In this document: positions 41,285-50,470 of the stretch, piece by piece
Layout of the letters: every line of letters starts with the position of its first letter
Numbering within the stretch: the first letter of the stretch is position 1
NCBI GenBank assembly: GCA_016180645.1
Contig: JACPAV010000007.1
Span: 40,888-104,887, forward strand
DNA from: Nitrospirota bacterium
GTDB taxonomy: Bacteria; JACPQY01
Direction: 5' to 3'
DNA length: 64,000 nucleotides
Notes under the pieces: generated by a model
Database searches by the model: none
What the model was told of the DNA's origin: nothing
What the model saw: the letters and a program-made list of their open reading frames with translations, nothing else
Position numbers and translations under genes: made by a program

Positions 41285-41511
41285 GGATTGCGAGAAAACA
41301 AAGTTCACATGTTGGGCCGGCATCCGGCCTTCCCAGCCGCCTGGGCGGAGCGGGCAGCCGCCCCCTACGAAGGATCTCCTATCTTGGTAGGGGAGCAGCT
41401 TTAGCTGCTCCCTTTTCTCTTGGGAGGACCCAAAGGTCCTCCCCTACGCGATCGGCCTTGGCCGCGCTCTTCGCGCGATTGAGCAGCTAGTTTCCTCGCA
41501 ATCCCCTAGCT
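41281..41511. mobile_element. MITE-like element bounded by 11/12-bp inverted repeats (agggattgcgag … ctcgcaatccc) containing a third, diverged nested-hairpin repeat (41345-41470)
   Basis: Terminal inverted repeats read directly. Inner hairpins gggagcagctttagctgctccc and gaggacccaaaggtcctc show compensatory changes relative to copies 1 and 2. Confidence 0.5.
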
Positions 41512-41920
41512 GCATTTGGCCACGCCCCGCCTGCGCCGGACGACCTACACCGATCCGCATTGACCCTTCCCGGCAGTGGGTGATAAAGTGGGGGCTGTGG
41601 GAAAGTCGCTTTCGGCCGGGCGTGATGCCGGCCGCACTCTCGGCCTTCCTGGCGGACAGGATGTCAGCGATGGTGGGGAGAGTGCGTTATCGAATCGATA
41701 TCTAAAGCACGCGGAGCAACTGCATGCGAACTTCTATGAAGATTTCTTGAAAGTCCGGGAGCTCCGGCTACAGGCCGAAGACCTCAAGACGCTCGTACTG
41801 AAACTCCGATCCCTTTTGAATCAGAACGGCGCCCGTTAGCTCCCTTCAACGAAAAACATCCGAACCGATAGGACCCTGAAATGTCGGCAACGACGCATCA
41901 GAGGCCAACGCGACGGAAGC

Positions 41921-42254
41921 CAATTGACACGGAATCAGCCACCGGTAGAATTCGACGCATGGCTCCCATGACGATTCATTTCGCGGCGCAAAGGCCGAAC
42001 CACTGTTCTACTCGCCGTCCCCGAAGCCTGGCGAAGGGGGTCGCCCCCGGAGCGAAGCGAATGGGGTCGTTTGTCAGGCATGGACACCGCAACGGGGGCA
42101 AAACGGGGAATCAAATCGAAAATATCGGCTGAGATCGCTGACATGATAGTAGGCATCCGGCCTGCCCGCGCCCTTGGCAGGCGGGCAAAACCGCCCGAAC
42201 ACAATCCCGATACAAGAATATCAGGGCAAAATGCCAAGCTAATCAATGGTTAGG
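41921..42254. repeat. direct repeat A (~334 bp): consensus sigma70 promoter TTGACA-16-TAGAAT at 41924..41951 followed by a long conserved leader; partner copy at 45572..45846
   Basis: Two long blocks nearly identical between copies; copy A carries a ~60-bp internal insertion. Ends ~8 nt before the ATG at 42262. Confidence 0.85.
41924..41951 (+). promoter_or_regulatory. consensus sigma70-type promoter (TTGACA, 16-nt spacer, TAGAAT)
   Basis: Both hexamers match consensus, 6/6 and 5/6. Confidence 0.6.
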
Positions 42255-42261
42255 TTGTTCA

Positions 42262-42774
42262 ATGACACCTAGGAAACGTCTTCGTCGAGTGGCAATTCTT
42301 TGCTGCCATTGCCTCCGCAATCTGGCGTTTTACAGGGCCGGTTGGAGAGGAAGGACGCCTATCTTTGGGGGGCAGTTCTGGAGAAGTGTGAACGGAAACT
42401 TCCTAGACGTTTGTGTGTTGGAGTGGTGCAAGCTGTTTGGAGATGAACGCGGGAAACACTATTGGAGGAAAGTCATTTCCCACCCAGACGCATTCTTCCA
42501 AGAGTTGTTAGGCGAAATCGGCGTAGCCGAGTCCAAACTCGACGAACACATCAAAGAAATGCGGACATACAGGGATAAATTTGTGGCTCATCTCGACGAT
42601 GAAGAGGTAATGCAGATTCCAACTCTCACAATCACATTGAAGAGTGTGTCATGCCTTTATGACTATCTGCTCGCCAATGAAGGTGAGCCGGAGTTTTTTT
42701 CTGACGCCATAAAATATGCATCAACCTTCTATAGACGATTTCTTGTAGAAGGCGAAAAGGCATACAAAGCATGA
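42262..42774 (+). CDS. hypothetical protein in lower-GC DNA with an Rx5H (RDKFVAH) HEPN-like motif
   Basis: Compositionally distinct from flanking DNA (visibly more A/T). Motif …TYRDKFVAHLDD…. Confidence 0.4.
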   Translation: MTPRKRLRRVAILCCHCLRNLAFYRAGWRGRTPIFGGQFWRSVNGNFLDVCVLEWCKLFGDERGKHYWRKVISHPDAFFQELLGEIGVAESKLDEHIKEMRTYRDKFVAHLDDEEVMQIPTLTITLKSVSCLYDYLLANEGEPEFFSDAIKYASTFYRRFLVEGEKAYKA

Positions 42775-42911
42775 AAGAGCAACATGACCACGCGTTCAAC
42801 TCGACCTCGGCGACGCTGCGCACCCCCTCGGCTGGCTAGCTCGAAGGTGAGGCGCCCGAGGAGGGTGACCGTGACACGGGAATACCCAGCGCTCATGAAC
42901 GACTGGATCTC

Positions 42912-43870
42912 ATGAAGATTCGACGGATCAACGCTGACAAGCCGCACCTCTGGAAGGCCGACATCGCGGCCTCCGTTGACCAATTCAACCAGTGGTTCAT
43001 GCGCTTCGCGCCCGAGGCGTTCCGATCCACGCGGGTGGAGACGACCGAGCACGTCAAAGCGGCGCTTGTGGCAACCCAGAACCTGCGCGCCCTGAACGCT
43101 GCCACGTTGAAGGCCAACCCGGGCGCACTCCCGACTCTCCGCATGTGCACCGCCCCGCCGCTCGCCGTGGACCGCCTGATCGGCTTGGCCGACGCGAGCA
43201 AGAATCTCGTCGGCCGGATGGAGAAGGGTAAGCTGCCGACCAAGATTCAGGCTGCGGACCTTGACGCGGAGTTGACCAAGCTCTGCCGCATTCTGTCGCG
43301 GCTCTTGGACCGGGACATATTTCCCTGGCTCGACAACCGGACGGCCCCGACCGACCATGAGCGCGACCGGGCCTCAACGATCGTTGCCGATCGGCTGTGC
43401 AGCGCGGTGGCGAACCCGATCGTCCGCAACGCTCAGGAGCAACGACAACTCGCATTGATCGGCGACCATCTCGACGGCCGGGGCTATCGCAAGCAAGCCC
43501 ACCCGCCGGGCAAGCCGCTCACGCAGATGGAACCCGGCACGTATGCCTTCCGCATGAATCTGGCCGTCGGAAAGGCTCTCAAAGTCAACATCCCGGTCGA
43601 CGTCGTGATCTAGCCCAAGAGTCTCCGCAAAGACCGGCTGCCAATTCTGATCGAAGCCAAATCCGCGGGTGATTTCACGAACACCAACAAGCGCCGCAAG
43701 GAGGAGGCAACCAAGATCCACCAGTTGCAGGCAGCCTACGGCGCGACCGTGGTGTTCGTGCTCTTCCTCTGTGGATACTTTGGCAGCGACTATCTGGGCT
43801 ACGAAGCTGCCGAGGGGATCGACTGGGTGTGGGAGCACCGAATCGAGGACCTCGCGAAGCTGGGGCTGTA
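42912..43870 (+). pseudogene. type II restriction endonuclease (PD-(D/E)xK) interrupted by an in-frame TAG at 43611..43613
   Basis: The frame continues through the TAG for 85 more codons to a TAA at 43868, which abuts the MTase ATG. The amber falls between …NIPVDVVI (PD-like) and …[11 protein letters not shown]… (ExK). Confidence 0.55.
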
Positions 43871-43875
43871 ACACC

Positions 43876-45472
43876 AATGATCACGCCACGCGAGAACCCG
43901 ATTGAAGCTCGACGACAGGCCATTCAGGCGGCGCTCGACGCAAGGAAGTCGGCCGCCGAGAGGAACCGCCTCGGTCAATTCGCGACTCCCAACGCCCTCG
44001 CGATCGAGATTGCCCGCTACGTTCGGTCCATTGCGGGCCGCCGTCTCCACGCGGTCCATTTCGCCGACCCCTCCGTCGGCACGGGCAGCTTCTACAGCGC
44101 CGTGCTCGCCGTTTTCGGCTCCGAGCAAATCGAGAACGCCGTCGGCGTCGAACTCGACCCCGGCTTCTGCGATGCCGCCCGCGACCTGTGGGCGGAAGCG
44201 GGCCTTGATGTGATGCAGGGCGACTTTACCCGCATTGTCGCAAGTGCCGGTTGCCCGGTCGCACCTAACCTGATCCTCGCCAACCCGCCCTACGTCCGGC
44301 ATCATCACTTGGAGCGCAAGGACAAGGAACGCCTGCAAGCCCTCACGCACCGGATGGCGGGTGTCGAGGTCAATGGCCTCGCGGGTCTATACGTTTACTT
44401 CCTTCTTCTCGCCACGGCGTGGATGGAGGAAGGCGGCTATGCCGCGTGGCTTATCCCCTCCGAGTTCATGGACGTCAACTACGGCGCGGTGGTCAAGCGC
44501 TTCCTGACGGACCGCGTGGAGCTTCTCCGCGTTCATCGTTTTGACGCCGAAGATGTGCAGTTCGGCGACGCCTTGGTCTCATCCGTCGTCTTGGTGTTCC
44601 ACAAGGCGCCACCGCCACGCGATCATGCCGTGGAGTTTACCTTCGGTGGCACGATCGCTGAGCCGCATGCCCGCGAATCCGTCACGCTGGACCGGCTGCG
44701 CGACTCACGCAAGTGGACCGCGTACCCCGAGCACGATCGGAATGACCGTCGCTCGTCCACGAACGGCGAAGGGCCAACGCTTGGTGACTTGTTTCGAATC
44801 CAGCGCGGTATCGCCACCGGTAACAACAAGTTCTTCGTCCTTGACCGGTCCGACGCGGCCAAACGCGGCCTACCGAAGAAGTTTCTACGCCCGATCCTCC
44901 CCAGCCCGCGCCACCTCAAGGCGACGATCATCGATGCCGGCGAAGATGGCTACCCGCTGATTGACCCACAGTTCTGCGTTGTCGACTGCGAGCTGCCGGA
45001 GCATGTTGTTGCGGCCAAGTACCCGGCCCTTTGGGCATACCTGCAAACCGCCGAGGCGCTGGGGATCAAAGATGGCTATCTCGTCGGTAAGCGTTCGCCG
45101 TGGTACAGGCAGGAGCAACGGTTGCCTGCACCCTTCCTTTGCACCTACATGGGTCGGGGCGCCGAAGAAAAGCAACCATTTCGCTTCATCTGGAACCGCT
45201 CGGCTGCCATCGGGACAAACCTCTACCTCATGCTGTATCCACAGCGCACCCTCGCTGCGAAACTGCGGGCACAACCAGAGTGCGGCGCAGCGATCCACGA
45301 TCTCTTGCGATGTGTCACCGGGCACGAGCTGCGCGGAGAGGGACGTGTCTACGGCGGTGGGCTCAACAAGATAGAGCCGAGTGAGTTGGGCCGCATTTCG
45401 GCGGCACCGTTCATCGCGCGTTGGCCAGAGCTGAAGTCCGCTGTGCAGCGCCAGGTAGGGCTCTTCGGGTGA
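43876..45472 (+). CDS. N6-adenine DNA methyltransferase (gamma-class, NPPY; TaqI/Eco57I-like with C-terminal target-recognition domain)
   Basis: Motif I …[11 protein letters not shown]…; motif IV …[14 protein letters not shown]…. Confidence 0.85.
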
Positions 45473-45571
45473 CTCGCAGCAGAATCGGAGTGGGCACCCC
45501 CGGGGTGCCTAGCAACCGGTTGCGCGGATGGTCCGCTGCGCGGCCCGCCGGGTAGAGGAACCTCAGAGAGT

Positions 45572-45846
45572 CAATTGACACGGAATCAGCCTCCGGTAGA
45601 ATCCGACGCATGGCTCCCATGACGATTCATTTCGTCGTCCCCGGAGCGAAGCGAATGGGGCGCTTGTCAGGCATGGACACCGCAACGGGGGCAATACGGG
45701 AATCAAATCGAAAATATCGGTCGAGATCGCTGACATGATAATAGGCATCCGGCCTGCCCGCGCCCTTGGCAGGCGGGCAAAACTGCCCGAAAGCAGTCCC
45801 GATATCGCCTTGTCAGGGCAAAATGGCAAGTTAATCAATGGTTAGG
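45572..45846. repeat. direct repeat B (~275 bp) with consensus sigma70 promoter at 45575..45602
   Basis: Matches 41921..42254 apart from the insertion in copy A. Confidence 0.85.
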
Positions 45847-45862
45847 GGGCGAGACATACTCT

Positions 45863-46234
45863 ATGGATTACGTTGCCTTCCATAACAAGCAAGGCCGGCC
45901 TGTCGCATGGATTGGCGATAACCAGGACTACCCGTCAATCTTTCTGTTCAACGGTAAGCCTGTTGCGTGGATAGCCGATGACTGCGTCTATAGCTATTCC
46001 GGAAAGTACTTGGGTTGGCTCCAGGACGGATGGATACGGGACAGAAACGGTCACGCCGTGTTCTACACCGGCGAGGCTTCTGACGGTCCTGCCAAACCTG
46101 CTAGACAGGCTCGACCTGCTCGCGGGGCTCGTGGTGCGCGACCCGCGCGTGGCGCGCCCGAGGCTCGACCAGCAAGACCTGCGCGCTCAACATCTTGGTC
46201 ACCACTCAGCGATGAGTCGTTCTTTGAGCAATAG
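45863..46234 (+). CDS. hypothetical protein with three internal G(K/R)PVAWI…Y…GK(Y)LGW repeats and a PAR-rich tail
   Basis: Repeats visible in MDYVAFHNKQGRPVAWIGDNQDYPSIFLFNGKPVAWIADDCVYSYSGKYLGWLQDGWIRD…. Driven by the repeat-B promoter. Confidence 0.4.
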   Translation: MDYVAFHNKQGRPVAWIGDNQDYPSIFLFNGKPVAWIADDCVYSYSGKYLGWLQDGWIRDRNGHAVFYTGEASDGPAKPARQARPARGARGARPARGAPEARPARPARSTSWSPLSDESFFEQ

Positions 46235-46322
46235 CGGCGCGCCCCCTAACAATTCATTCAAGCCGACGCCGCTTCGTGCCGCGGCTGATGCCGGACCTTT
46301 CCCCTGAAAGACGCAAAGCGCC

Positions 46323-46946
46323 ATGTCGTTCTATAAGGCCAGCGACACGAGCAATTTCGTAATCTCCTTTACACGTGACCCGAAAGGAGATTTCAGCGCG
46401 TTCGCGAAGGGCTACACACGCGCGGCAAATCGTTTGGCGGCGGCACTGCTCGGGGGTCCGAGGTTCCCTGACTATGAAGCGTACCCCGTTGTTTTCTTGT
46501 ATAGGCACGCGCTCGAACTGTCGCTAAAGCACATTATCTACGGTGGAGCCGAACTCGCAGCGTACCGGTGCATGGATGAAATAAACGAACAGTTGCAGAT
46601 CAACCATAACCTTGCTGAGCTTTCGCGGGTAGCCGGCAAGGTGCTTTCGCTCCTCTTTCCGAATGACGAGATGCTCAACCGTGTCAATGCAACTGTGGCA
46701 GCGATTTGCGCCGACTGGTCCAAGATAGACCCCGGCTCCTTTGCGTACCGATATCCCATAGTCACGAAGGGCCTACCCACTACAGAACGAAATCAAACTG
46801 TGAGCCTGCGCGCGCTCTCAACCCATATGGCAGCTGTCCTGGAAGATCTCGACACTGTTCAGTTTGGTCTTGATATGGAAACTTACAAGGCGCAGGAACT
46901 GTACGGAATTCTTGAGCAGTTCGTTCCATCCGGCCGTGCACATTGA
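46323..46946 (+). CDS. hypothetical protein (first gene of a three-gene candidate defence module)
   Basis: 207-aa ORF in lower-GC DNA, same strand and tight spacing with the next two ORFs. Confidence 0.4.
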   Translation: MSFYKASDTSNFVISFTRDPKGDFSAFAKGYTRAANRLAAALLGGPRFPDYEAYPVVFLYRHALELSLKHIIYGGAELAAYRCMDEINEQLQINHNLAELSRVAGKVLSLLFPNDEMLNRVNATVAAICADWSKIDPGSFAYRYPIVTKGLPTTERNQTVSLRALSTHMAAVLEDLDTVQFGLDMETYKAQELYGILEQFVPSGRAH

Positions 46947-47062
46947 CAGCTTGTAGGCCAACAACGCACTTCAGCCGACGTCGCGCTCGCTGCGCTCGCG
47001 CACCGCGGCTGAGCGCGGGCATTGGGCGGACATGAACAACACCAACTGGGATTGAGGCGGCT

Positions 47063-47623
47063 GTGATCCAACTCTACCAAGCCGGCGGCGCGGGCGACTT
47101 CGCCATCCTCCAAGATGCCTGGACTCATGAACAGTGTCGACTTCTCTTCGAGAACGCGGGGCGTCTTCTTAATGAACGCGTGCACTCGCGAGCCGCCGAG
47201 CTCCTACGAGCCGTACCGTTTCGAGTCGCTGATGCAACGAACCATTTCAATGATGAGTTCTCGCTACTGCACGCTGTCGTACCGCTTGCGGAATATGAGC
47301 AGCTTCGCCGTGGGCAGGACGACCCGGTTAATCGGCAGGCGGTACGACAGATCGCCGCCGTATTGTCCGAACTCGGAACGCCGATCCGGTTCATAGCAAT
47401 CGAACTAGCCTTGGAAGCGCCAGTGCATCCGGCCACGCGGGCCGGTGGCGGTCTGAAGCAATCGGAGGTCAACAAGCTCGTATCGAGGTACATCGGCGTC
47501 TCGGGGGGCTACCTGGGTGATTTCTCGTATCGAAGCCACCATGAGTTCTACATCGAGCTGGATCTCGATATTGACCCCTACAACTACGATGGGACCACCC
47601 GCGAACGATTCACCAGGTTCTGA
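47063..47623 (+). CDS. hypothetical protein (second gene of the module)
   Basis: 186-aa ORF; ends 15 nt before the next ORF. Confidence 0.4.
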   Translation: MIQLYQAGGAGDFAILQDAWTHEQCRLLFENAGRLLNERVHSRAAELLRAVPFRVADATNHFNDEFSLLHAVVPLAEYEQLRRGQDDPVNRQAVRQIAAVLSELGTPIRFIAIELALEAPVHPATRAGGGLKQSEVNKLVSRYIGVSGGYLGDFSYRSHHEFYIELDLDIDPYNYDGTTRERFTRF

Positions 47624-47637
47624 GCGAGAGCTCGCCC

Positions 47638-48207
47638 GTGGTACAGGCCAAGATCCTCGAAGGCGTCTTGGCTCGCTTCCCAGTTAGCAGCTCCGAATTT
47701 CGTACATCGGACAGGGCTGCGGAGATTCGACGCTGGATCGCGCGTCTCCGCTCTGGCCCCGAGGTCGAACAGCCGACCCTGCGGATCACCAGCGAGGTGG
47801 TGGAACGCGCTTTGTTGGATGCCCAACAGCTCGTTCGCGCCACCGGAGCTACTAGTGGGGTGGATAGGCTCCACACCGCGCTTCACGGCTATCTCCGCGT
47901 AGTCTGCGGTGACGCGAATATCAAGGTCGACGGTGATGCGTCGCTGACCGACCTCTTCAAGCAGCTACGGGAGAGACATCCAGCCTTTCGCGATCTTGGC
48001 CCCCGGAGCGGCGACATCCTTCGAGTTCTCAGGGCGCTGGGGAGCATTCTTGACACACTGAATCCCTTACGAAACAAGGCCAGCCTCGCGCACCCAAATC
48101 CAGTGCTCCTTCCCGGGCCCGAGGCGATGCTGGCCATCAACGCGGCCCTCTCAATCCTGCACTACGTTGATGAAAAGGTGCACCGTAATGCAACTGGAAG
48201 CAGCTAG
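47638..48207 (+). CDS. Abi_C/HEPN-like protein (RNKxxxxH motif), candidate abortive-infection effector
   Basis: …LDTLNPLRNKASLAHPNPV… fits the Rx4-6H HEPN motif with the R-N dipeptide typical of the Abi C-terminal family. Confidence 0.45.
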   Translation: MVQAKILEGVLARFPVSSSEFRTSDRAAEIRRWIARLRSGPEVEQPTLRITSEVVERALLDAQQLVRATGATSGVDRLHTALHGYLRVVCGDANIKVDGDASLTDLFKQLRERHPAFRDLGPRSGDILRVLRALGSILDTLNPLRNKASLAHPNPVLLPGPEAMLAINAALSILHYVDEKVHRNATGSS

Positions 48208-48369
48208 CTCTTGGTGCCACGGTCTTGGTGCCTGGCATGACTTATTGACTTATTTGAACGCGTGAGACCGTCCCTCGTGCTGGTGGGCAGATTAAAGCCA
48301 AGCATCAATGCAGTCTTGACCATGTAGTCCGGCTACGGCCGGAGTTGACCTGGTTTCGGGGACGCTGCT

Positions 48370-49341
48370 CTACACCATGTGGCAGGCGGCCCAGTGGCTC
48401 GGGCGGACCTCGCGCCAGGCGGGCATCTCGCGGGAACATATCTCCTTCTTGATCGGACAACGCGGTTCAAAGGGGCAGCCCTTCGGTAGGTTGTAGGGAC
48501 TGGGCACGTCGCCCTTGATCGGCTCCGCGCCGTCGTGAAGACTCAGCGTCAGCCCCGGAACGGAATTGAGAAGCGCCTGCGTGTAGGGATGCTGGGGATT
48601 GTTGTAGAGCTCCATTGAGGGCGCCAGCTCGATCATGAAACCGAGATACATCACGGCCACGCGATGGCTGACGTACGTGACCACGCGCAAATCGTGTGAG
48701 ATGAAGAGGTACGAAAGTTTCAGCTTCTCTTGGAGCTCGATGAACAGGTTGATGATCTGGGCTTGAATGGAAAGATCGAGTGCCGAGACCGGTTCGTCCG
48801 CGATGACGAGCCGGGGCGACACCGAGAGCGCCCTCGCGATGCACACGCGCTGCCGTTGACCGCCGCTCATCTCGTGCGGGTAGGCCCTGAGCAGGGCCTC
48901 CGAGAGGCCCGCCATTCGCATGAGCTCGACCGTCCGCTCCCGGACCTCTTTCCCCTTGGCGAGATGGTGAACCTTTATTCCTTCCGAAATGGTCCCCTCA
49001 ACATTGATACGGGGGTTGAGCGATGCGAAGGGATCCTGGAAGATGACCTGCACGCTCCGGCGGTAGGCCTTGAGGTCATGGGCCGACATGTGGATGCTCA
49101 CCGGCTTGCCGTCGAATCGAATGGTTCCGCCATCGTGGGCGAGTAGAAGAAGAACGGTGCGGGCGAGGGTTGTCTTCCCGCAACCGCTTTCGCCGACGAG
49201 TCCGAGTGTCTCGCCGGGGAAGATTTCAAAGGTGACTCCGTTCAAGGCAAAAACCTTGCGCTTGGAGACGCTAAAGAACCCCTTCCTGGACTCGTACCCC
49301 TTGCGGAGTTCATCAATTTTCAGGAGGGCGGAATCACTCAT
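48370..49341 (-). CDS. oligopeptide/dipeptide ABC transporter ATP-binding protein (OppF-like)
   Basis: Walker A …GESGCGKTT…; signature …LSGGQRQRV…; Walker B …LVIADEP…; C-terminal oligopeptide-ABC extension. Confidence 0.85.
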   Translation of the reverse strand: MSDSALLKIDELRKGYESRKGFFSVSKRKVFALNGVTFEIFPGETLGLVGESGCGKTTLARTVLLLLAHDGGTIRFDGKPVSIHMSAHDLKAYRRSVQVIFQDPFASLNPRINVEGTISEGIKVHHLAKGKEVRERTVELMRMAGLSEALLRAYPHEMSGGQRQRVCIARALSVSPRLVIADEPVSALDLSIQAQIINLFIELQEKLKLSYLFISHDLRVVTYVSHRVAVMYLGFMIELAPSMELYNNPQHPYTQALLNSVPGLTLSLHDGAEPIKGDVPSPYNLPKGCPFEPRCPIKKEICSREMPAWREVRPSHWAACHMV

Positions 49342-50389
49342 AGAGGTAACACTTTACAACGCGTCCGTCGGCCTGCCGGACATCGTGCGGCTCCGATTGG
49401 CGGCAGATATCCATGACGCGTGAGCACCGGTCGGCGAATCGGCAGCGGTTCCCGCCTTCCCAACGCAACGGGACCGATCCGGGAATCGGATTGAGCTTCT
49501 TCTTGTGCCCGTCCTTGAAAATCTGCGGTTCTGAGGCCAGGAGTCCCATGGTGTAGGGGTGAAGGGGATTCGAAAAGATCTCCTGGACGTTGCCTTGCTC
49601 CACGATTTGTCCGAGGTACATCACGGCAAGCCGATCGCAGGTTTCCTCGACTATGCCCATGTTGTGCGTGATGAGCAGCATGGCCATGCCCGTCTCTTTC
49701 TGGAGCCGGTTCAGGAGCTGGAGAATCTGCGCCTGTATTGTCACATCGAGCGCCGTGGTAGGTTCGTCGGCGATCAGGAGCTTGGGATTGAGGGCGAGCG
49801 CCATTGCAATCATGGCCCTTTGTCGCATTCCCCCGGATAGCTGGTGCGGATATTCGTCGAATCGATCATCCGGTGCCGGGATGCCGACTTTCTTGAGAAG
49901 CTCGATGCCCATCTTCCGCGCTTCGCGCTTGGAAATCGATTGATGGGCCAGGATGCCTTCGGCGATCTGGTAGCCGATGGTGAGGACGGGGTTCAGGGCG
50001 GTCATCGGCTCCTGGAAAATCATGGCGATTTCTTTGCCCCGAATGGTTCGAATCTCTCTCCGGCCGAACGACAGGAGGTCGCGCCCTTCAAAGTAGATCC
50101 CTTTCGCGCGCACTTCGGCGGGCGGTTCCTGAAGGAGGCGCAACGTCGAAAGGGCCGTAACCGTCTTGCCGCATCCGCTCTCGCCCACCAGGCCCAGCGT
50201 CTCGCCTTTGCGGAGGGTGAGGTTCAGATTGAAGACGGCGTTGTGGACGCCCCCGCCGGGCGATCGGAAGGAAATATGGAGGCCTCGGATTTCGAGAAGA
50301 TCACCGGAAGCGCCCGGTGATGGGGTGGGGTGTTGGCTCGGATCAGGAGCGATCGCCAATGGCATCGGATTTCGAATGTCTTGCGCCAA
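49334..50389 (-). CDS. oligopeptide/dipeptide ABC transporter ATP-binding protein (OppD-like)
   Basis: …GESGCGKTVT…; …LSGGMRQR…; …LLIADEPT…. Confidence 0.85.
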   Translation of the reverse strand: MAQDIRNPMPLAIAPDPSQHPTPSPGASGDLLEIRGLHISFRSPGGGVHNAVFNLNLTLRKGETLGLVGESGCGKTVTALSTLRLLQEPPAEVRAKGIYFEGRDLLSFGRREIRTIRGKEIAMIFQEPMTALNPVLTIGYQIAEGILAHQSISKREARKMGIELLKKVGIPAPDDRFDEYPHQLSGGMRQRAMIAMALALNPKLLIADEPTTALDVTIQAQILQLLNRLQKETGMAMLLITHNMGIVEETCDRLAVMYLGQIVEQGNVQEIFSNPLHPYTMGLLASEPQIFKDGHKKKLNPIPGSVPLRWEGGNRCRFADRCSRVMDICRQSEPHDVRQADGRVVKCYLYE

Positions 50390-50470
50390 TAGAGGCCGAG
50401 CTTCGATAGCCGCTATCGAGGTTCGGCCTCGGAGACCAAGCAGGAGATGAGAACATTTGTGTCGATTGCC

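Noticed and set aside
41881-42132. 83-aa ORF inside direct repeat A
   Set aside because: It lies within the promoter-leader repeat, is absent as an intact ORF in repeat B, and has an R/G-rich translation with no motif.
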